64,000 nt of DNA from NCBI RefSeq assembly GCF_031417815.1, contig NZ_JANOWI010000035.1:10447-74446 (forward strand), given 5' to 3'. A program made the position numbers and the translations under genes. Origin of the DNA: Novosphingobium sp. Lineage in GTDB: Bacteria; Pseudomonadota; Alphaproteobacteria; Sphingomonadales; Sphingomonadaceae. Below the pieces are notes generated by a model, which searched no databases, was not told where the DNA came from, and was given only the letters and a program-made list of their open reading frames with translations. This document shows, piece by piece, positions 24,725 through 34,583 of the stretch (positions are counted from its first letter, which is position 1; each line of letters opens with the position of its first letter).

Positions 24725-26302
24725 ATGGCCGAGCCTTTTTACATCACCACCGCCATTTCCTATCCCAATGGCAAACCGCATATCGGCCACGCCTATGAAG
24801 CAATTGCCGCCGATGTGATCGCACGCCACCAGCGGATGCAGGGGCGCGATGTGCGGTTCCAGACCGGAACCGACGAACACGGCCTCAAGATGGCACAAAA
24901 GGCGCGCGAACTGGGCCAGACGCCGAAGCAACTTGCTGATGAAATGTCGCAATATTTCATTGATATGTGCGACAATCTCAATGTGTCGTACGATGTTTTT
25001 CAGCGCACCACCGAAGCGCGCCATCATGCCGCCAGCCAAGAATTATGGCGACGGATGGAAGCCAATGGCGATCTCTATCTCGATCGCTACGAAGGTTGGT
25101 ATTCGGTTCGCGACGAAGCCTATTACGACGAAAGTGAACTGATCGAAGACGCGGGGAGCGAGAAGCTCTCGCCGCAAGGCACGCCGGTCGAATGGACAGT
25201 CGAGGAATCGTGGTTCTTCCGCCTGTCGAACTATGCCGAACGCCTGTTGAAGCTCTACGCCGAGCAGCCCGATTTCATCCGCCCGGATAGCCGCCGCAAT
25301 GAAATCATGCGGTTCGTCGAAGGCGGTCTGCGTGATCTTTCAGTGTCGCGGACCAGTTTCGACTGGGGTGTCAAGGTGCCGGGCAGCGGCGCATCTGGAG
25401 GCTCCGAGCACGTAATGTACGTGTGGGTCGATGCACTGACCAATTACCTCACCGGCCTTGGATTCCCAGACGAAAACAGCGATTTTGCGCGGTATTGGCC
25501 GGCTGACCTGCACCTGATCGGCAAGGATATCACCCGCTTCCACACGATCTACTGGCCAGCTTTCCTGTGGAGCGCCGGAATCGACATTCCGCGCCATGTG
25601 TTCAGCCACGGGTTCCTGCTCAATCGCGGCCAGAAGGAATCCAAGTCGCTTGGCAATGTCACCGATCCGATCGACCTTGCGGAGCGGTTTGGCGTCGATG
25701 TGCTGCGCTATTTCCTGATGCGCGAAGTCGCCTTCGGGCAGGACGGCAGCTATTCACCGGAAGCAATTGTTTTGCGGGCGAATGCAGAGCTCGCAAACAG
25801 CTTTGGAAATCTGGCGCAGCGGTCCCTCTCGATGATCTTCAAGAACCTTGGTGGTGTTTTGCGAAGCGATCTGGATGCAAGCGCGGCAGACACTGAACTG
25901 GAGAGTACCGTTCGTGCAAACATCGGCACGCTGGTTTGGAACTTCGATTCTCTTTCGTTCAGTGACGGGATCGAAGCGTGGATGCGCGCAGTTTTTGCCT
26001 GCAATCAATATGTTGATGACCAAGCGCCTTGGGCACTACGCACGAACGATCCTGAGCGCATGACAGCGGTGCTGATGACACTGTTTCGCTGCGTTCGTGA
26101 CCTGGCAATTGCAATTCGCGCTGTAGTTCCGGACGCTGCTGACAAGTTGCTCGATCAACTTGGGATAGCTGCCGATCAGCGCGATTTTGCTGCGTTGAAT
26201 GATCCTAACTGGTTCGTCCGCTTGGTCGCCAGCGGATTTACGGTAACGCAACCTGTTGGTATATTTCCTCGGCTTGAACTTTCGGTGGAGGACGCGGGCT
26301 GA
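24725..26302 (+). CDS. metG: Methionyl-tRNA synthetase
   Basis: YITTAISYPNGKPHIGHAYE (HIGH), GTDEHG, GKDITRFH, KESKSLGN (KMSKS-like). Confidence 0.96.
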   Translation: MAEPFYITTAISYPNGKPHIGHAYEAIAADVIARHQRMQGRDVRFQTGTDEHGLKMAQKARELGQTPKQLADEMSQYFIDMCDNLNVSYDVFQRTTEARHHAASQELWRRMEANGDLYLDRYEGWYSVRDEAYYDESELIEDAGSEKLSPQGTPVEWTVEESWFFRLSNYAERLLKLYAEQPDFIRPDSRRNEIMRFVEGGLRDLSVSRTSFDWGVKVPGSGASGGSEHVMYVWVDALTNYLTGLGFPDENSDFARYWPADLHLIGKDITRFHTIYWPAFLWSAGIDIPRHVFSHGFLLNRGQKESKSLGNVTDPIDLAERFGVDVLRYFLMREVAFGQDGSYSPEAIVLRANAELANSFGNLAQRSLSMIFKNLGGVLRSDLDASAADTELESTVRANIGTLVWNFDSLSFSDGIEAWMRAVFACNQYVDDQAPWALRTNDPERMTAVLMTLFRCVRDLAIAIRAVVPDAADKLLDQLGIAADQRDFAALNDPNWFVRLVASGFTVTQPVGIFPRLELSVEDAG

Positions 26303-27078
26303 TGCTGATCGATTCCCACTGCCACCTTGAATACAAAGGCCTGGTCGAGGATCAGCAAGGCGTGCTGGCCCGCGCGCGCGCCGCCGGGGTGGGGGGCTTC
26401 CTCTCGATTTCGACCCGCCAGAGCGAATGGGACCAGGTGATCAACACGGCCGAGCGCGAAGCCGATGTCTGGGCCTCGGTCGGCATCCATCCGCACGAAG
26501 CCGATGGCCACGCCGATCTGGGCGAAGCCGCGCTGCTGGCGGCGACAGATCACCCAAGGGTCATCGCGATCGGCGAAACCGGGCTCGACTATTATTACGA
26601 TCATTCCGATCGCGAGACCCAGAAGGCCCTGTTCCGGCGGCATATATCGGTCGCGCGCGAAACCGGATTGCCGCTGATAATCCACACCCGTGATGCCGAG
26701 CAGGATACTGCCGCGATCCTGGCCGAAGAGATGGGGAAGGGCGCGTACCCCGCCCTGATCCACTGCTTTACGGCCTCTGCAGACTTTGCCGCCAAAGTGC
26801 TTGAATTGGGCCTTACGATCTCGCTTTCGGGCATCGTGACCTTCAAGAATGCCAAGGACTTGCAGGCGATTGCTGCGCATCTTCCCGAAGACCGAATTCT
26901 GGTCGAAACTGATGCGCCGTTTCTGGCACCGGTGCCGCACCGTGGGCGGGTTTGCGAACCGGCCTTTACCGCCGATACCGCGCGCTTTGTGGCGGGACTG
27001 CGGGGAGTTTCGCCCGAAGCGCTGGCCGAGACGACCACGCGCAATTTCGCGCGGTTGTTCTCAAAGGCAGCCCTGTGA
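26302..27078 (+). CDS. TatD family hydrolase
   Basis: IDSHCHL, GIHPHEA, AIGETGLDY, IIHTRDA, IHCF, ETDAPFLAP. Confidence 0.93.
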   Translation: MLIDSHCHLEYKGLVEDQQGVLARARAAGVGGFLSISTRQSEWDQVINTAEREADVWASVGIHPHEADGHADLGEAALLAATDHPRVIAIGETGLDYYYDHSDRETQKALFRRHISVARETGLPLIIHTRDAEQDTAAILAEEMGKGAYPALIHCFTASADFAAKVLELGLTISLSGIVTFKNAKDLQAIAAHLPEDRILVETDAPFLAPVPHRGRVCEPAFTADTARFVAGLRGVSPEALAETTTRNFARLFSKAAL

Positions 27079-27842
27079 AGGTTCTGCTGCTGGGCAGTGG
27101 CACGTCTACCGGGGTGCCGCGCGTCGGCAACGATTGGGGTCTGTGCGATCCTGAGGAGCCAAGGAACCGCAGGACACGCGTCTCGATCATGGTTGAAAAT
27201 GCCGCCGGTGCGCGCCTGCTGGTCGATACTTCCACCGATTTGCGCATGCAATTGCTGGCCAACGAAATCGACCGGATCGACGCGGTGTTCTGGACTCACG
27301 AGCACGCCGACCACTGCCATGGAATCGATGATCTGCGGGTGCTGCGCTATGGCCGCGCCGGACCGATCCCGGGCTTTGCCCACAGCGAAATCGCCCGGAT
27401 CCTGCGCGGCCGGTTTGGCTATGCTTTTGCCGGTCAGCACGGTTATCCGACCTTGATCGAGCTGGATACGCTGGACCGGCTGCGGATGTTCGCAGGCTTT
27501 GGCGTGCGCCATTGCCAGATGCCGCATGGACCGAGCGAAACAACGGCCTATCGATTCGATTGTGACGGTACATCAATTGGTTATGCGACAGACTTCAGCC
27601 AGATTACCCCGCAGATGATCGATCTTTTCAGCGGCGTGGACGTGCTCGTCACCGATTGCCTGCGCCGCGATCCGCATCCAACGCACGCGCATCTGGCGAT
27701 GTCGCTGGAATTGATCGAAGCCACTCGCGCGCGCCAGGGCATTTTGACGCACCTCGACAAATCGCTGGACTATGCCACGCTGCAAACCGAAGTGCCGGCG
27801 CATGTCCACGTCGGCTATGATGGGCTGGAGATCGCGGCATGA
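27075..27842 (+). CDS. MBL-fold metallo-hydrolase (PhnP/YcfJ-like)
   Basis: GTG start overlapping the tatD stop; LGSGTSTGVP, THEHADHCHGIDDLR. Confidence 0.9.
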   Translation: MKVLLLGSGTSTGVPRVGNDWGLCDPEEPRNRRTRVSIMVENAAGARLLVDTSTDLRMQLLANEIDRIDAVFWTHEHADHCHGIDDLRVLRYGRAGPIPGFAHSEIARILRGRFGYAFAGQHGYPTLIELDTLDRLRMFAGFGVRHCQMPHGPSETTAYRFDCDGTSIGYATDFSQITPQMIDLFSGVDVLVTDCLRRDPHPTHAHLAMSLELIEATRARQGILTHLDKSLDYATLQTEVPAHVHVGYDGLEIAA

Positions 27843-28024
27843 TGACCACCGCAGCAGTCGTGATGCTGATTGGCGCGCTCGGTTCGTTGGCGCTCAGCTG
27901 GCGCGGCATGCGCGCCAGCGTCGGGCGCACCGGATGGAGCGGACAGAAGCAAGTGCAGATGGCGTTCATCTGGCTGATCATCATCGGCGCGCTGACCGTC
28001 CTGATCCAGCGTTTTGGCGCATGA
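27839..28024 (+). CDS. Small two-TM membrane protein (61 aa)
   Basis: ATGA overlap with the upstream gene; two hydrophobic helices; hairpin downstream. Confidence 0.6.
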   Translation: MMTTAAVVMLIGALGSLALSWRGMRASVGRTGWSGQKQVQMAFIWLIIIGALTVLIQRFGA

Positions 28025-28052
28025 GGGGCCTTTCGGGCCCCCTCAGTATTTA
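28022..28052 (+). terminator. Imperfect hairpin ending the tmk-holB-metG-tatD operon
   Basis: TGAGGGGCC-tttcg-GGCCCCCTCA (one bulged C) followed by GTATTTA. Confidence 0.5.
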
Positions 28053-28077
28053 ACATAATATATATTATCAATCTGAT

Positions 28078-28872
28078 ATGTCCAAAACCCCAGTTCCCCC
28101 TCTTGCTCGATTGCTGGCGATCATGGCCCGGCTGCGCGATCCGCAGCGCGGCTGCGAATGGGACTGCGCCCAAAGTTTTGCCACGATCGCGCCTTACACG
28201 ATCGAGGAAGCCTACGAGGTTGCCGATGCGATCGCTCGCGGCGACATGGCCGCACTCAAAGGCGAACTGGGCGATCTGTTGCTGCAGGTCGTGTTCCATG
28301 CCCGCATGGCTGAGGAAGCTGGCCTGTTCACATTTGCCGATGTGGCCGCCGCCATCAGCGCCAAGATGGAAGCCCGCCATCCGCACATTTTTGGCGATGC
28401 GCCAGATCTTGGCCAAAGCCGCGAAGAGCGCTGGGAACGTCTCAAGGCCGACGAGCGCGAGGCCGAGGGCGCCATCGGCGCGCTTGATGGCGTTGCCCTC
28501 GCCCTTCCCGCCTTGATGCGCGCCGAAAAACTTCAGAAACGCGCGGCGCGGCAGGGTTTTGATTGGCCCGATACGGCCGGTCCCGCGGACAAGCTGGCCG
28601 AGGAAATCGGCGAACTGGTTCAAGCAGGAACGCAAGCAGAACGCACCGAAGAGGCCGGCGATATGCTGTTCGCAGCCGTCAACGTTGCTCGCGCCTATGG
28701 TGTTGCTCCGGAAGACGCGCTGCGCGCTGCCAATACCAAATTCGAGCGGCGCTTTCGGGCGATGGAAGCATTGGCCGCGACCAGCGGACAGGATTTCGCT
28801 GCACTGACGCTCGATCAGCAGGAAGCGCTGTGGCAAGCGGTCAAGGCGTCAGAGCCGGGAAAAACGCCCTAG
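28078..28872 (+). CDS. mazG: Nucleoside triphosphate pyrophosphohydrolase MazG
   Basis: LRDPQRGCEWD..Q, TIEEAYEV, ELGDLLLQVVFH, QKRAARQGFDW, EEAGDMLFA. Confidence 0.93.
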   Translation: MSKTPVPPLARLLAIMARLRDPQRGCEWDCAQSFATIAPYTIEEAYEVADAIARGDMAALKGELGDLLLQVVFHARMAEEAGLFTFADVAAAISAKMEARHPHIFGDAPDLGQSREERWERLKADEREAEGAIGALDGVALALPALMRAEKLQKRAARQGFDWPDTAGPADKLAEEIGELVQAGTQAERTEEAGDMLFAAVNVARAYGVAPEDALRAANTKFERRFRAMEALAATSGQDFAALTLDQQEALWQAVKASEPGKTP

Positions 28873-30150
28873 TTCACGTGGTTCGAGCCGCACATCGAGG
28901 GCACGAAGCGGCCCGCGTTCATCCTCCCCGGCATCATTCTCGGCCACCACCTCACCGTGGGCGTGAAGCCAGGCAAGTCTTTGACCGTCGCTCACCGGTA
29001 CAAGGAAGCTGTGTATCAGCGCGCCCTGCGTCAGCAGCTTGCTGACCGCTTCAAGCAGAGCATCGCACCCTACCCCGGTCAGCGCCGAAACCGCCACGAC
29101 CGGTGCCTCGGGCCGCGCTGCGATCTGCTCGGTCAACTCGGCCGCGCGCTCATCCCCAAGCAGGTCCCATTTGTTCCAGGCCTCGATGATCGGCACCATG
29201 GGCACTGCGCCCTCTTCCTCGGTCAGGCCAAGCTCGCCCAGCACTTCGAGCACCATGCGTTTCTGCGCGGCGGTATCGGGATTGGCGATATCGCGGACGT
29301 GGACGATCACGTCGGCAGCGGTCACTTCTTCCAGCGTCGCGCGAAATGCCGCCACCAACTGCGTCGGCAGGTCGGAAATGAACCCCACAGTGTCCGACAG
29401 GATCGCCTTGTCCACCCCCGGCAGACGGATCCGCCGCATGGTGGGATCGAGCGTGGCAAACAGCAGGTCTTCGGCCATCACCGAAGCCCCGGTCAGCCGG
29501 TTGAACAATGTGGATTTTCCGGCGTTGGTATAGCCGACCAGCGCGATTACCGGCCACGGCGCCTTTTCACGTCGGCTGCGGTGGAGGCCGCGGGTGCGGC
29601 GGACCTGATCGAGCTCGCGCCGCAATTTGGCCATCCGGTCACGGATCAGGCGGCGGTCGGCCTCGATTTGGGTTTCACCCGGGCCGCCCAGGAAGCCAAA
29701 TCCGCCGCGCTGGCGCTCAAGGTGGGTCCAGCTGCGCACCAGGCGCCCGGCCTGGTAATCTAGGTGCGCCAGTTCCACCTGCAAGCGCCCTTCGGCGGTT
29801 GCCGCACGTTCGCCAAAAATCTCGAGGATCAGCCCGGTCCGGTCGATAACCTTGCGTTTGAGCTTATCTTCCAGGTTGCGCTGCTGGATCGCGGTCAGCG
29901 CGCCATCGATGATTACTAGCCCCGCGTCTTCCATATTGCAGGCGACATCGATGTTCTGGATCTGGCCTTCGCCAAACAGTGTGCCAGCCCGCGCCTCGCG
30001 GATCGGGATCGCCATGGCATCGACCACGACGAGGCCGATCGCCAGTGCCAGCCCCCGGGCCTCTTCAAGGCGCGCGGCGGTATCAATGCCCGATCCGCCG
30101 CGTACCCTGAATTCCGGATACACGATTACCGCCCGCGCCCCGCGGGTCAC
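28849..30150 (-). CDS. hflX: Ribosome-splitting GTPase HflX
   Basis: VIDRTGLILEIF, GGPGETQIEADRR, GYTNAGKST, FATLDPT, DTVGF, NKWD. Confidence 0.95.
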   Translation of the reverse strand: MTRGARAVIVYPEFRVRGGSGIDTAARLEEARGLALAIGLVVVDAMAIPIREARAGTLFGEGQIQNIDVACNMEDAGLVIIDGALTAIQQRNLEDKLKRKVIDRTGLILEIFGERAATAEGRLQVELAHLDYQAGRLVRSWTHLERQRGGFGFLGGPGETQIEADRRLIRDRMAKLRRELDQVRRTRGLHRSRREKAPWPVIALVGYTNAGKSTLFNRLTGASVMAEDLLFATLDPTMRRIRLPGVDKAILSDTVGFISDLPTQLVAAFRATLEEVTAADVIVHVRDIANPDTAAQKRMVLEVLGELGLTEEEGAVPMVPIIEAWNKWDLLGDERAAELTEQIAARPEAPVVAVSALTGVGCDALLEAVSKLLTQGALIHSFLVPVSDGQRLAWLHAHGEVVAENDAGEDERGPLRALDVRLEPRELGRFSRL

Positions 30151-30176
30151 CTCGCCATCGGTTTGTTCACCAAAGA

Positions 30177-30740
30177 TCAGTCTTCGTCGCCTTGGTCGGC
30201 CTCTCCGGTCAGATCGACCGGCGTGACGGGCTGGATCGTAGAGACCGCGTGTTTGTAGGCCAGCTGCACATAGCCTTCGCGTTCGAGCAGCATGCAGAAC
30301 AGGTCATAGGCGGCAACGCGGCCTTGCAGCATCACGCCGTTGACCAGGAACATGGTGACCTGCACCGCGGCCTGGCGCACGCTGGAGAGAAAAACGTCCT
30401 GCAGCAGGCGGACCTTCTTGCCCCCTTCCGCGGCGACGCCGAACATGTCGGCATCGATCGGCTGACTGGGCATGATTGTAGAAATAGCATGCTTGTAGAC
30501 CAGCTGTGACTGGCCATCGCGGCGCAGCAGGATCGAAAAATTGTCAAACCAGGTGATGATGCCTTGCAGCTTTACGCCCTTTACCAGGAACATGGTCACC
30601 GGGACCTTGTTCTTGCGCAACAGGTTGAGGAACTGGTCCTGCAGGTTCTGCCCTTTTGCGCCAACGCTAAGCGGCTGAATGGGAACAGGTTCTGCTTTTT
30701 CTGGACGCGGACGGGCGCTGAGCGTGCCTGGGGACATCAT
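30177..30740 (-). CDS. hfq: RNA chaperone Hfq with two tandem Sm domains
   Basis: Two copies of LQD.FL..R....VTMFLV.GV.LQG....YKHA.ST; RBS AAGGAG before ATG 30740. Confidence 0.93.
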   Translation of the reverse strand: MMSPGTLSARPRPEKAEPVPIQPLSVGAKGQNLQDQFLNLLRKNKVPVTMFLVKGVKLQGIITWFDNFSILLRRDGQSQLVYKHAISTIMPSQPIDADMFGVAAEGGKKVRLLQDVFLSSVRQAAVQVTMFLVNGVMLQGRVAAYDLFCMLLEREGYVQLAYKHAVSTIQPVTPVDLTGEADQGDED

Positions 30741-30879
30741 TGGCTCCTTCTTGTTGGCGGGACGGCTTGGGCCGTCCCGCATGCTGGCAAGAACGCATTC
30801 TGCGCTTGCCGGGTTTCAATTCGGCGAAACTACCCGAGCATCCGGTCCCGTGTAAACGGCATAATGCGCCAAATTTGCA

Positions 30880-32283
30880 TCAGCCGTGCGTATCGAACTC
30901 GTCGTCCAGTTCGTCCTCGCGGCGGTCGGCCATGCCCAGCAGCTTGAGTTTGCGGTGCAAGGCCGATCGTTCCATCCCGATAAAGCTGGCCGTGCGTGAG
31001 ATATTGCCCGAAAAGCGCCGGATCTGGACGCGCAGGTATTCCCGCTCGAAGTTCTCGCGCGCCTCGCGCAGTGGCACCCCCATCAGGCTTGGCAGGCCAT
31101 TGCCGTTGCCAACCCGGCCCGACAGAATTTCGGCCGGCAGCATATCGGCCTCGATCCGCCCGACCCGCTCACGCGGGGTCAGGATGATCGTGCGTTCGAC
31201 CATGTTGCGCAGCTGCCGCACATTGCCCGGCCATTCATAACTTTGCAGTGCGGCCAGCGCCTCGGCGCTGACTTCAGGCGGCGGAATGCCCTGATCAGCA
31301 GCAAAGCGAGCGAAAAAGTGATCGACCAGCATCGGGATATCGTCGCGCCGTTCGGCCAACGAGGGGATCGTCACGGGGACCACGTTAAGCCGGTAAAACA
31401 GGTCTTCGCGAAAGCGCCGCTCGGCAATTTCGCGTTCCAGATCGCGCGAGGTGGACGAAACCACCCGCACATCGACCCGGATCTGGCGCGTGCCGCCCAC
31501 CCGCACGATCGACTGTTCGGTCAGCACCCGCAAGATTCGCGCCTGGGTGGAAAGCGGCATGTCGGCCACTTCATCGAAGAACAACGTGCCGCCATCGGCC
31601 ATTTCCAGCAGCCCCGCGCGGACCAGCTTGCCGCCGGCTTCCTCGCCAAACAGCTCCTGTTCAAATCGTTCGGGCGTGATCCGCGCCGAATTGACCGTTA
31701 CGAAAGCGGCATGCGCGCGCGGGCTCCAGCTGTGCAGCAGCCGCGCGGCCACTTCCTTGCCCGAACCGGCCGGGCCAGCGATCAGCAGGCGGCTGCCGGT
31801 ATTGGCAACCCGCTTCAGCGTGGCGCGGACCTGGTTGATCGCGCTCGAATTGCCGGTGAATTCGTCCGAGGTGACGAAACCTTCGCGCAGCCGAGCATTT
31901 TCGCGCCGCAACCGCTCGGTCTCGGTGGCGCGGGCGACCAGCAGCAGCAGACGTTCCGCCTCGAACGGCTTTTCGATGAAATCGAGCGCGCCGCGCCCGA
32001 TTGCCGAAACCGCGGTATCGATGTTGCCGTGACCGGAAAAGATGATCACCGGCAGTTCGGGTTCACGGCTCTTGACCGCGTCGAGCACTTCGAGCCCGTC
32101 CATCGGGCTGCCGTGAAGCCACACGTCGAGCAACACCAGGCTTGGCCGGCGCTCGTCTATCATCGCAAGCGCGGTGGTGCTGTCGCCGGCCGTGCGGCAT
32201 TCATAGCCCTCGTCGCTCAGCACGCCCGCCACCAGATCGCGAATATCGCGTTCATCGTCGACGATCAGGATATCAAGCGCCAT
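30880..32283 (-). CDS. ntrX: Nitrogen assimilation response regulator NtrX
   Basis: Receiver + AAA+ + HTH (GMERSALHRKLK); GAFTGA motif absent as expected for NtrX; lies downstream of ntrY. Confidence 0.92.
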   Translation of the reverse strand: MALDILIVDDERDIRDLVAGVLSDEGYECRTAGDSTTALAMIDERRPSLVLLDVWLHGSPMDGLEVLDAVKSREPELPVIIFSGHGNIDTAVSAIGRGALDFIEKPFEAERLLLLVARATETERLRRENARLREGFVTSDEFTGNSSAINQVRATLKRVANTGSRLLIAGPAGSGKEVAARLLHSWSPRAHAAFVTVNSARITPERFEQELFGEEAGGKLVRAGLLEMADGGTLFFDEVADMPLSTQARILRVLTEQSIVRVGGTRQIRVDVRVVSSTSRDLEREIAERRFREDLFYRLNVVPVTIPSLAERRDDIPMLVDHFFARFAADQGIPPPEVSAEALAALQSYEWPGNVRQLRNMVERTIILTPRERVGRIEADMLPAEILSGRVGNGNGLPSLMGVPLREARENFEREYLRVQIRRFSGNISRTASFIGMERSALHRKLKLLGMADRREDELDDEFDTHG

Positions 32284-32304
32284 TGTATCGTACCTCGATC
32301 ATGT

Positions 32305-34518
32305 TCATTCGGCGGCCTCGCTACCGCGCTGCCCGTCCAGCGGATCGCGGGCGAAGCGCAACGTCACGACCGTTCCATCGGGATCGCCCGGGGTAAAGAT
32401 CATTTCCCCGCCGTGTTCCTCGACAATCTTGTTGACGATCGCGAGGCCCAGACCGGTGCCCTTCTCGCGCGTCGTCACATAAGGTTCGACAATCCGCTCG
32501 CGGTCTTGCGGCAGGCCGGTGCCGTTGTCGGCTATGGTGACCACGACATCCTCGGCAGCACCTTTAAGCCGGACCGCGATCCGCCCGCGGAAACCATCGT
32601 GCTCGGCTTTGGCCCTGGCTTCGACTGCTTCGGCGGCGTTCTTGAGCACGTTGGTCATCGCCTGACCGAATTGATGCCGATCGCAGGCAATGATCCCGAT
32701 GTCGGCATCGGCGGCAAAATCATAATTGATATCAGGATGCGCCACTTCCTGAAGGAACAGCGCCTGGCGGGCCAGATCGACTGGGTCCTCGCCGCGGAAC
32801 AACGGTTTGGGGAGCCGCGCGAACGAGGAGAATTCATCGACCATCCGGCGCAGTTCGCCAACCTGGCGGATGATCGTGCCGGTCAGTTCCTCAAACAGCC
32901 CCGAATCGGTGGTAAGCTGCTTGGCATAGCGCCGCTTGAGCCGTTCGGTGGCGAGCTGGATCGGGGTCAGCGGGTTCTTGATTTCGTGCGCGATACGGCG
33001 CGCCACATCGGACCAGGCGGCCTGGCGCTGATCGAGCAGCTGCCGGGTGATATCCTCAAACGTGATCACGCTGCCGGTGGCCGAGGTGCTCGATCGTACG
33101 GCCAGCGTCAAAAGATCGTTGCCCTTGGCATATTGCACGATCCCGCCCTGCTCGCCGGTTTCAGCCAGCGCGGCAATTTGCGGGGCCAGCGAGCCCAGCG
33201 AGCGTCCGATCGGCGCATCGGCGCCGCGTTCAAGCAACAGCTTTTGCGCCGAGCCGTTCATCAGCTGGATTGCCCCCTTGGCATTGGTGCTGACCACCCC
33301 GGCGGTCACCGATTCCAGCACCGCTTCCATGAAGGCGCGGCGCTCATCAAGCTGCTGGTTGGCGCCCAGCAAGGCCTGGTTCTGGCGTTCCAGTTGCTGC
33401 GTCATGCGGTTGAACGCACGGTTGAGCAGGCCCACCTCGTCTGCCCCGAACCGGCCTTCCACCCGCATTGAAAAATTGCCCGCCCCCACTTCGCGCGCGG
33501 CGTCGACCAGATCGTAGAGCGGCTTCACCTGCCGATCGGCAAAGCGCAGCGCAAACCACACCGCCAACCCGACCAGCGCCAGACTGGCGACGAACAGATA
33601 GACGTTGAAGCGGAGCTGCTGGATCCGGGTTTTCTGCTTCACCTCGTCATAGGCGCGCACGATGTTCTGGGCATAGCCGCCGGAAAGCAGGTCGCTTTTG
33701 CGAACTGTGTAAAGGTAGATCCCGGCGCGCCGGTCGATCGGGGTCACCGCGCGGATCATGTTGTCGCTCGATGAAACCGAAATGTTCTCACCCTTGTCGA
33801 GCTGGCGCAGCACGTCGCTCGAGATCTCGGAGAGCGGGGCATCACCGCGGGTGAACGCGGCCTTGTCGATCCCGCCATCGGCGCGCTTTTGCAGGATGGT
33901 GGATTCGTCAATCTTCCGGTGGAGCACCTGGTACAGGTAATAGTCCTGGAATTCGGGGCTGCCGAACGGAACCGTGCGCAGTTCTTCGCCAAGGTCCGCC
34001 GCCATGGCGAGCGATTCGTATTCCATGTCGCGCTTGGTCTGATCGTAATAACCGCGCGCCAGCTGATTGGCGTTTTCAAGCAACCCACGCGACTTGTCCG
34101 AGAACCAGAATTCGTAGCCCGACTGGAACAGGAACGAAGCGAAAATCACCACCAGCAGCGTCGGCACCGCGGCAATCAGTGAGAACAGGAACACCAGCCT
34201 GACATGCAACTGGCCGCTGCGTCCAACCTGTTCGGCCGCACGCTGCAGCGCCAGCCGACGGCCCAACAGGACGAGGATCGCCATGGCCGGGACCAGCGTG
34301 CCAAGCAGCAATGAAGCAGCCACTTCGCTCGGCAGCAGGCGGCCATCGGTGGAACGCTCGGTGATCTGGGTCCAGGTCAGCGCGGTCATGCCCAGAAACG
34401 CCAGAACTGATACCAGTTCGAGAACGGCAAACAGGTTCGAGCGCCGCGCAGCCACCTGCAATTGTCGCCAAAGGCGGGGCCATGTACGCCGGCGGTCGAG
34501 GACATTCGATTGAGACAT
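32305..34518 (-). CDS. ntrY: Sensor histidine kinase NtrY
   Basis: TM segments, [35 protein letters not shown]. Confidence 0.92.
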   Translation of the reverse strand: MSQSNVLDRRRTWPRLWRQLQVAARRSNLFAVLELVSVLAFLGMTALTWTQITERSTDGRLLPSEVAASLLLGTLVPAMAILVLLGRRLALQRAAEQVGRSGQLHVRLVFLFSLIAAVPTLLVVIFASFLFQSGYEFWFSDKSRGLLENANQLARGYYDQTKRDMEYESLAMAADLGEELRTVPFGSPEFQDYYLYQVLHRKIDESTILQKRADGGIDKAAFTRGDAPLSEISSDVLRQLDKGENISVSSSDNMIRAVTPIDRRAGIYLYTVRKSDLLSGGYAQNIVRAYDEVKQKTRIQQLRFNVYLFVASLALVGLAVWFALRFADRQVKPLYDLVDAAREVGAGNFSMRVEGRFGADEVGLLNRAFNRMTQQLERQNQALLGANQQLDERRAFMEAVLESVTAGVVSTNAKGAIQLMNGSAQKLLLERGADAPIGRSLGSLAPQIAALAETGEQGGIVQYAKGNDLLTLAVRSSTSATGSVITFEDITRQLLDQRQAAWSDVARRIAHEIKNPLTPIQLATERLKRRYAKQLTTDSGLFEELTGTIIRQVGELRRMVDEFSSFARLPKPLFRGEDPVDLARQALFLQEVAHPDINYDFAADADIGIIACDRHQFGQAMTNVLKNAAEAVEARAKAEHDGFRGRIAVRLKGAAEDVVVTIADNGTGLPQDRERIVEPYVTTREKGTGLGLAIVNKIVEEHGGEMIFTPGDPDGTVVTLRFARDPLDGQRGSEAAE

Positions 34519-34583
34519 CGTTGCGCAAATACAACACTTGTGTTGCGGATATGCAAGGCAATTCGCCTTGCGCCACGCTCGCC

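Noticed and set aside
28849-28872. Convergent 3' overlaps (mazG/hflX 24 bp; cinA/ratA 40 bp)
   Set aside because: Common in compact GC-rich genomes; no further signal of antisense regulation.
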